Source: Bacteroidota bacterium (GTDB lineage Bacteria; Bacteroidota; Bacteroidia; JAADEI01; JALVCQ01). Taken from it: a stretch of DNA of 41,399 nt. Below, piece after piece: positions 36,152 to 41,399 of this stretch. The first letter of the stretch is position 1, and each line of letters opens with the position of its first letter. Made by a program: the position numbers and the translations under genes. The stretch covers positions 1-41,399 of the forward strand of contig JALVCQ010000036.1 in assembly GCA_027009805.1 (NCBI GenBank), read 5' to 3'. Below the pieces are notes generated by a model that was not told where the DNA came from, did not search any database, and saw only the letters and a list, made by a program, of their open reading frames with translations.

Positions 36152-36160
36152 GCCATTTTC

Positions 36161-38365
36161 CTAAAATCCTTGTTCATAATACGGCGCCCACTGCTCGACG
36201 GTTCCCCACGATTGGCCGTTGATGCGGATGCCCCCCTCGGTTACCACCCCCAACATCCGCCACGGGATGCTATGGCGTTCCCAGTGTGCTTCCATATGTT
36301 CGGCCTTTTCCGGGGAGACGCTGATGACGACGCGTCCGGCCGCCTCGCCAAAGAGCCACCCATCGGGGCGGCCTTCCGGCGGCAGATGCACGTCAAAGCC
36401 CAGTCCGTTCGGCAGGGCCGATTCCAGCAGCGCCACCCACAGGCCGCCTTCCGAAATGTCATGCACCGAAACCACCGGCCGCTTGTCCTCGGGCTGTTGC
36501 AACAGCTCACGCAACGCGGCCAGGAACTTCACCTCCGCCCCAAGGTCAAAGGGCGGCGGCGGCGAAAACCGCTGACCATGGTAGTGCCACACATAGTGCG
36601 ACCCTTCGATGGCATCCGACAGGCGGCCCACTTCATAAATTCGATCGCCGGCCGCACGGAAAGCCAGACCAATATGCCACTGCGGGTCATCCAGCACGCC
36701 CAGCATCCCGATGACGGGCGTGGGCAGAATGGGCTCGCCGTTTTCCGACTGATTGTAAAAACTGACGTTGCCACCTGTGACCGGCGTTTTCAGGGCTTCG
36801 CAAGCATCTTTCATGCCCAATACGGCCTCCTTAAATTGCCAGAACACGTCGGGATAAAGCGGATTGCCGAAGTTCAGGCAGTTGGTCACAGCCACGGGCG
36901 TTCCGCCGCTGCATACGATATTTCGGGCGGCTTCCGCCACGGCCATGGCCGTGCCCTTGCGCGGGTCGGCATAGACGTAATAGGGATTGCAGTCGGTGGT
37001 CAGCGCCAGCGCCTTGCCGGTGTTTTTATCCAGCACCACGGCGGCATCCGAGGGCAGTGCCTCGCTCATCGTCTGGGTGCCCACTTCCCGGTCGTATTGC
37101 TCGGCAATCCATCGCTTGCTTCGAATCGACGGATGCGACGCCAGAAAACGGGCCACCTCCTGCAAGTCTTGCGGGACAGGCACGGCCTCCGCTGAAAAAG
37201 CGGCTATTCGCTTTCGATAATCGGGCTCGCGGGCCGGCCGCTCATAGACGGGCGCATCGCCGCCCAACACCAACGCCCGCGGCGGCACCGCCGCCACCAC
37301 CTCCCCCTTCCAATAATATATATTGTCAGGGGCCTTCCGCACCTGTCCGATTTCGGCGCAAGGCACGTCCCATTTTTCGCAGATGGCTTTTAGTTGAGCT
37401 TCTTTCCCCGGCCGGGCTACGATCAGCATACGCTCCTGCGACTCCGACAGCAGAATCTCGAACGGCGTCATGTCCGGCTGGCGCAACGGCACCCGATCCA
37501 GGTGGATTTCCATGCCGCAACCGCCTTTTTCGGCCATTTCGAGCGTAGAACAGCTGATGCCCGCCGCCCCCATGTCCTGCATGCCGTCGATACACCCTGC
37601 TTCGTTGGCTTCCAGCACGGCCTCCAACAGCTTTTTCCCCATGAAAGGATCGCCCACCTGCACCGCCGGAAGGTCTTCCTGGGCGTCTTCTTTGAGGTCA
37701 CCGCTGGCAAAAGAAGCCCCATGAATGCCGTCTTTTCCGGTGTGTGATCCGACGATAAAGACGGCGGCCCCGGGCGTATGGGCCGACGCCGAGACGATGC
37801 GGTCTTTGGGCACCACCCCCACCGACATGGCATTGACGATAGGGTTGGCGGCATAGGAAGGGTCGAACCAGCATTCCCCGCCCACGGTGGGCACCCCGAA
37901 ACAGTTGCCATAGCCGCCGATGCCCTCCACCACACCTTCGAGGTGCCAATGGCAGCGCGGCTCGTCGGGCGGGCCGAAGTGCAACGAGTTCAAGGCGGCT
38001 ATCGGACGCGCCCCCGTAGTGAAAATATCCCGATGGATGCCGCCCACACCCGTGGCCGCTCCCTGATAGGGTGCGATGGCCGAAGGATGATTGTGCGACT
38101 CGATCTTAAAAGCCACCGCCCACCCGCCGATATCGACCAGTCCGGCGTTCTCCTCGCCGGCTTCCGCCAACAGATGGGGGCCCGACCGCGGCAGCTTTTT
38201 CAGCCATACGATCGAACTCTTATAACAACAATGTTCCGACCACATCACCGAAAACATGGCCAGTTCGGTCGGATTCGGATGCCGACCTAACAACGCTACA
38301 ATGCGCGCATATTCTTCCGCTGTGAGCCCCAGCTCCACCGCCTTTTCCAGAAGCACCTCCGTCAT
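36161..38365 (-). CDS. purL: Phosphoribosylformylglycinamidine synthase subunit PurL (FGAM synthase II)
   Basis: 734 aa. The N-terminal [38 protein letters not shown] is characteristic of small PurL. AIR-synthase-like duplicated domains are present. Confidence 0.93.
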   Translation of the reverse strand: MTEVLLEKAVELGLTAEEYARIVALLGRHPNPTELAMFSVMWSEHCCYKSSIVWLKKLPRSGPHLLAEAGEENAGLVDIGGWAVAFKIESHNHPSAIAPYQGAATGVGGIHRDIFTTGARPIAALNSLHFGPPDEPRCHWHLEGVVEGIGGYGNCFGVPTVGGECWFDPSYAANPIVNAMSVGVVPKDRIVSASAHTPGAAVFIVGSHTGKDGIHGASFASGDLKEDAQEDLPAVQVGDPFMGKKLLEAVLEANEAGCIDGMQDMGAAGISCSTLEMAEKGGCGMEIHLDRVPLRQPDMTPFEILLSESQERMLIVARPGKEAQLKAICEKWDVPCAEIGQVRKAPDNIYYWKGEVVAAVPPRALVLGGDAPVYERPAREPDYRKRIAAFSAEAVPVPQDLQEVARFLASHPSIRSKRWIAEQYDREVGTQTMSEALPSDAAVVLDKNTGKALALTTDCNPYYVYADPRKGTAMAVAEAARNIVCSGGTPVAVTNCLNFGNPLYPDVFWQFKEAVLGMKDACEALKTPVTGGNVSFYNQSENGEPILPTPVIGMLGVLDDPQWHIGLAFRAAGDRIYEVGRLSDAIEGSHYVWHYHGQRFSPPPPFDLGAEVKFLAALRELLQQPEDKRPVVSVHDISEGGLWVALLESALPNGLGFDVHLPPEGRPDGWLFGEAAGRVVISVSPEKAEHMEAHWERHSIPWRMLGVVTEGGIRINGQSWGTVEQWAPYYEQGF

Positions 38366-38391
38366 AAAAGAACAAGCAATAGGGATGGCGG

Positions 38392-38399
38392 CAAAGTTA
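38392..38399 (-). promoter_or_regulatory. Candidate -7 box TAACTTTG upstream of purL
   Basis: The reverse complement of caaagtta is a perfect TAnnTTTG match followed by CCGCC. 26 nt separate the box from the purL ATG. Confidence 0.4.
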
Positions 38400-38635
38400 G
38401 CACCTGCACGTAAGGAAGCACCGGACGGGAAAATCTCGGCATCTCCCTGAATGAAAGTCCGGAGGGCTATGGATGCAGGAGGCCCCGAACGTCACCGGTG
38501 CAGTGGGTATTGCCGAGAAAATGGAACATCACGCGGCCACCGTCTTTCACGGCTGTGGGCCTCGACGCAAGCCGCTTTTCCCTGCCGCCGCCGGCCGAAA
38601 ATCGGCCCGCCCGGCTATCCGATCTAAATAGTCAT

Positions 38636-38662
38636 CCATATTTTTCCGTGATATAAATATGG
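38636..38662. promoter_or_regulatory. Perfect 8-bp inverted repeat CCATATTT-N11-AAATATGG upstream of the hydrogenase operon
   Basis: The arms are at 38636-38643 and 38655-38662. They sit in the AT-rich island about 80-100 nt upstream of the small-subunit ATG. This is a possible operator site. Confidence 0.3.
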
Positions 38663-38694
38663 TCAAATCTCCCATTAAACAGGATTCTCCGCTA

Positions 38695-38702
38695 TAATTT
38701 TA
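38695..38702 (+). promoter_or_regulatory. Candidate -7-like box TAATTTTA upstream of the hydrogenase small subunit
   Basis: 7 of 8 match to TAnnTTTG. It ends 37 nt before the ATG at 38740, in an AT-rich segment. Confidence 0.25.
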
Positions 38703-38739
38703 TGCCCACAAAACAACCCTTTTTCTAAAAAACAGGCTT

Positions 38740-39858
38740 ATGGATACGCATCGTCATGGACAACGGCGGGAAACATATTACGAGGCCATCTTGAAGATGG
38801 GCTATACCCGCCGAGACTTTTTAAAGTTCGCCACCTACATGGCGGCCTATTTGGGGCTGAAGACTTCCGCCATCGGTCAGATTGCGGAAGCCCTCGAAAC
38901 CAAGCCGCGCCTGCCCGTCATATGGGAGCACTATCAGGAATGCACCTGCTGCAGCGAGTCTTTCATCCGTTCCGATCATCCCATCGTAGCCGATATTATT
39001 CTCGACAAAATATCACTTGATTATACCGAAACCCTGATGGCCGCCGCCGGTGAACAGGCGGAAGCGGCCAAGCATGCCACCATGGAAAAATATCACGGGG
39101 AATATATCCTCTGTGTGGAAGGGTCGGTGCCGCTGAAAGATGACGGCCAATATTGCTGCATTGCGGGAAAAACGGCGCTTCAACAACTTAAAGAAGCCGC
39201 CGCGGGGGCCAAGGCCATCATAGCGTGGGGCAGTTGCGCCTCCAACGGCTGTGTGCAGTCGGCCTATCCCAACCCGACGGGGGCCACGCCCATCCATAAG
39301 ATCATCACTGACAAGCCCATTGTGAAGGTGCCGGGGTGTCCGCCCATCGGCGAGGTGATGGCCGGGGTGATTGTCCACGTGGTCACGTTCGGCACGCTGC
39401 CGGAGCTGGACCGCATCGGTCGCCCGAAAGCCTTCTATGCGAAGCGGGTGCATGACAGCTGTTACCGCCGGCCCTATTACGATGCCGGATTGTTTGCCGA
39501 AAGTTTCGACGACGAAAACGCCAAGAAAGGCTACTGCCTCTACAAGGTGGGATGCCGCGGCCCGATGACCTACAATGCCTGCGGGTCGATGCGGTGGAAC
39601 GGCGGCGTGAGCTATCCCATCCAATCAGGGCATGGATGCATTGGATGCAGCGAGGAGAACTTCTGGGACAACGGACCTTTCTACGAAAGGCTGACGAACC
39701 TCCACGGCTTCGGCATTGAATCGACGGCCGACAAGATCGGCATTGCCGTGGGAAGCGCCGTAGCCGCCGGCATCGGCATTCACGCCGTGGCCGCAGCCGT
39801 GGCGAAACGAAAAGCCCGCAAAGCCCAGATGGAAGCAGGACAAGAGAACGCCGACTAA
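38740..39858 (+). CDS. hyaA: [NiFe] uptake hydrogenase small subunit, membrane-bound group 1, O2-tolerant (1d-like) signature
   Basis: 372 aa with a long Tat signal ([20 protein letters not shown]). It is collinear with E. coli HyaA at a constant +51 offset, including [14 protein letters not shown] and PGCPP. A C-terminal TM anchor is present ([21 protein letters not shown]). Confidence 0.93.
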   Translation: MDTHRHGQRRETYYEAILKMGYTRRDFLKFATYMAAYLGLKTSAIGQIAEALETKPRLPVIWEHYQECTCCSESFIRSDHPIVADIILDKISLDYTETLMAAAGEQAEAAKHATMEKYHGEYILCVEGSVPLKDDGQYCCIAGKTALQQLKEAAAGAKAIIAWGSCASNGCVQSAYPNPTGATPIHKIITDKPIVKVPGCPPIGEVMAGVIVHVVTFGTLPELDRIGRPKAFYAKRVHDSCYRRPYYDAGLFAESFDDENAKKGYCLYKVGCRGPMTYNACGSMRWNGGVSYPIQSGHGCIGCSEENFWDNGPFYERLTNLHGFGIESTADKIGIAVGSAVAAGIGIHAVAAAVAKRKARKAQMEAGQENAD

Positions 39859-39898
39859 ACAGCAAGCATCACATACACACACTTAAAAAGTCAGAAAC

Positions 39899-41399
39899 AT
39901 GGCAGAACGAATCGTCGTTGATCCGATTACACGAATCGAAGGTCACCTGCGCCTCGAAGCCGAGGTCAAGGACGGCCGCATCGCAGATGCCTGGATCTCG
40001 AGCACCATGGTCCGAGGCATCGAAAATATCGTCAAAGGGCGCGACCCGCGGGACGTGTGGGCGTTTGTGCAGCGCACCTGCGGAGTGTGCACGACGGTGC
40101 ACGCCCTGGCTTCGGTGCGGGCCGTGGAAGATGCGCTTGACATCGTGATTCCGCCCAATGCCGAGATGGTGCGTAATATCATGGCGGCGGCGCTTTACAT
40201 GCACGACCACGTGGTGCATTTTTACCATCTTCATGCGCTCGACTGGGTGGACGTGGTCAGCGCCCTGAAAGCCGATCCGGAAGAAACTTCTCGGGTTGCC
40301 CGAAGCATCTCGCCGTGGCCGAAGAGCTCGCCGGGATATTTCGCCGACCTGAAAAAACGCCTGACCAAATTCGTCGAAAGCGGCCAGCTGGGCATCTTCG
40401 CCAACGGCTACTGGGGTCATCCGGCCATGAAATTGCCGCCGGAAGTCAACCTCCTTGCCGTGGCCCACTATCTCGAAGCCCTCGAATGGCAAAAAGAAAT
40501 CGTAAAGGTGCACACCATCTTCGGCGGGAAGAACCCCCATCCCAACTATCTGGTGGGCGGCATGGCATGCGCCATCAACCTCAACAGCCCGGGCGGCATC
40601 AACGCCGAACGGCTGGCCTTTGTGCGGCGCCTGCTCGAAGAAGGAAAACAATTCGTCGAACAGGTCTATTTCCGGGATCTCCTGGCGATTGCCTCGTTCT
40701 ACAAAGATTGGGGCGCCATCGGAAGGGGCTTTGGCAACTATATGAGCTACGGCGAATATCCGATGAACGGATTCCGAGACATCAGCAGCTTCAAATTCAA
40801 ACAAGGCGTCATTCTTAATCGGGACCTGAGCAAAGTCCATGAGATAGACCATCGTGACCCGGAAGAGATTCAGGAATACGTCAACAACTCGTGGTATGAC
40901 TATTCCGGCGATCCCAACGGCGGGAAGCATCCGTGGGACGGCGAGACCAACATCCATTACACGGGGCCGAAACCGCCCTATAAGCACCTCAACATCAACG
41001 AGAAATACAGCTTTATCAAAACGCCGCGGTGGCACGGACATCCGATGGAAGTGGGGCCGCTGGCGCGGGTGCTGGTTAACTATGCCCACGGCGACAAGGA
41101 AACCATTGAGGAGGTCAACGGCGTGTTGAAATATCTTGACGTGCCTGTGGATGCGCTGTTTTCCACGCTGGGTCGAACGGCCGCCCGCGCCATCTGCGCA
41201 AAGCTGTCGGCCCGATGGGCGCTGGAATTTTACGACCAGCTCATCGCCAACATCAAAGCAGGCGACACCCGTATGGCCAACATGGAAAAATGGGAGCCCG
41301 AAACGTGGCCCAAAGAAGCCAAAGGCGTGGGTTACATGGAAGCGCCGCGGGGCTCGCTGGCCCACTGGATACGCATCAAAGACGGCAAAGTGGAAAACT
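39899..41399 (+). CDS. hyaB: [NiFe] hydrogenase large subunit (3'-partial, continues beyond the window)
   Basis: The frame from ATG 39899 is open to the window end, so it is absent from the ORF track. My translation begins MAERIVVDPITRIEGHLRLEAEV...MVRGIENIVKGRDPRDVWAFVQRTCGVCTTVHALASV, which contains the N-terminal Ni-binding RxCGxCxxxH motif. Confidence 0.93.
   Translation, partial: MAERIVVDPITRIEGHLRLEAEVKDGRIADAWISSTMVRGIENIVKGRDPRDVWAFVQRTCGVCTTVHALASVRAVEDALDIVIPPNAEMVRNIMAAALYMHDHVVHFYHLHALDWVDVVSALKADPEETSRVARSISPWPKSSPGYFADLKKRLTKFVESGQLGIFANGYWGHPAMKLPPEVNLLAVAHYLEALEWQKEIVKVHTIFGGKNPHPNYLVGGMACAINLNSPGGINAERLAFVRRLLEEGKQFVEQVYFRDLLAIASFYKDWGAIGRGFGNYMSYGEYPMNGFRDISSFKFKQGVILNRDLSKVHEIDHRDPEEIQEYVNNSWYDYSGDPNGGKHPWDGETNIHYTGPKPPYKHLNINEKYSFIKTPRWHGHPMEVGPLARVLVNYAHGDKETIEEVNGVLKYLDVPVDALFSTLGRTAARAICAKLSARWALEFYDQLIANIKAGDTRMANMEKWEPETWPKEAKGVGYMEAPRGSLAHWIRIKDGKVEN

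Noticed and set aside
35258-37195. 645-aa ORF on the plus strand spanning rsmH and purL.
   Set aside because: It is entirely antisense to two strongly recognisable genes. Its composition is R/H/P/G-rich with no recognisable motifs. Long antisense ORFs are expected at this GC content because stop codons are rare.
15147-38365. A 23 kb run of 16 genes all on the minus strand, considered as a possible single super-operon or island.
   Set aside because: The functions are unrelated housekeeping genes, with several internal candidate promoters and one repeat-filled gap. This is most simply explained by co-orientation with replication.
38366-38560. Possible purine or ZTP riboswitch in the purL leader.
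   Set aside because: The candidate -7 box leaves only about 20 nt of leader. Reading the reverse complement further upstream, I could not find the conserved ZTP (pfl) or purine-riboswitch cores, only generic short GC hairpins.
38469-38630. 53-aa ORF ([19 protein letters not shown]...) in the purL-hydrogenase intergenic region.
   Set aside because: It is Arg/Gly/Cys/Pro-rich, like random GC-rich frames. It has no upstream promoter box or recognisable motif. It is below the track threshold and has no support beyond being open.
39869-41365. 498-aa ORF on the minus strand.
   Set aside because: It is antisense to the unmistakable [NiFe] hydrogenase large-subunit frame, which starts at 39899 and is missing from the track only because it has no stop in the window.

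Overview
This is a 41.4 kb, GC-rich, tightly packed chromosomal segment that looks like Bacteroidota/Rhodothermota. The lineage call rests on a T9SS type-B C-terminal sorting domain, a GldE-like protein, TAnnTTTG-type -7 boxes and Bacteroidota-style gene order. I can support about 34 CDS, nearly all housekeeping.

Gene content in order:
- Plus-strand run (262-11812): dut, a nucleotidyltransferase, a TPR lipoprotein, a DUF4292-like lipoprotein and an EnvC-like M23 protein. These are followed by a System I cytochrome c maturation operon (ccmBCDEF), a LEA_2 lipoprotein, a YfcE-like phosphoesterase and trmD.
- Short blocks: ispD-queA on the minus strand, then a class-III aminotransferase on the plus strand.
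- A 23 kb uninterrupted minus-strand run (15147-38365): GldE-like CNNM protein, biotinyl carrier, adk, hpt, a ~1650-aa PKD-repeat T9SS cargo, ftsE, a small unknown ORF, ctaA, an NhaD-like permease, an MMPL/RND transporter and rpsA. It ends with a truncated dcw block (murE-ftsI-ftsL-rsmH) and purL.
- Right edge: a membrane-bound [NiFe] uptake hydrogenase. The large subunit runs off the window, so it is missing from the ORF track.

I found no rRNA, tRNA, CRISPR array, transposase, integrase or recognisable defence or toxin genes. I see no convincing novel multi-gene system and consider this an ordinary core region.

The features not explained by ordinary annotation are:
1. A mosaic GC-rich intergenic repeat family in three copies, with a 31-nt perfect core shared 31 kb apart. 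Two copies overlap stop codons.
2. A 13-mer, TAA(C/G)TTTGCCGCC, shared upstream of dut, rpsA and purL.
3. A hydrogenase small subunit carrying both supernumerary cysteines of the O2-tolerant [4Fe-3S] type.
4. A CcmE with Cys in place of the heme-binding His (CXXXY variant), in a ccm cluster with no ccmA, ccmG or ccmH.
5. A dcw cluster cut at both ends.

Several ORF-track starts are TTG or GTG codons. I moved these to downstream ATGs where the signal peptide or an overlap with the neighbouring gene supported it.
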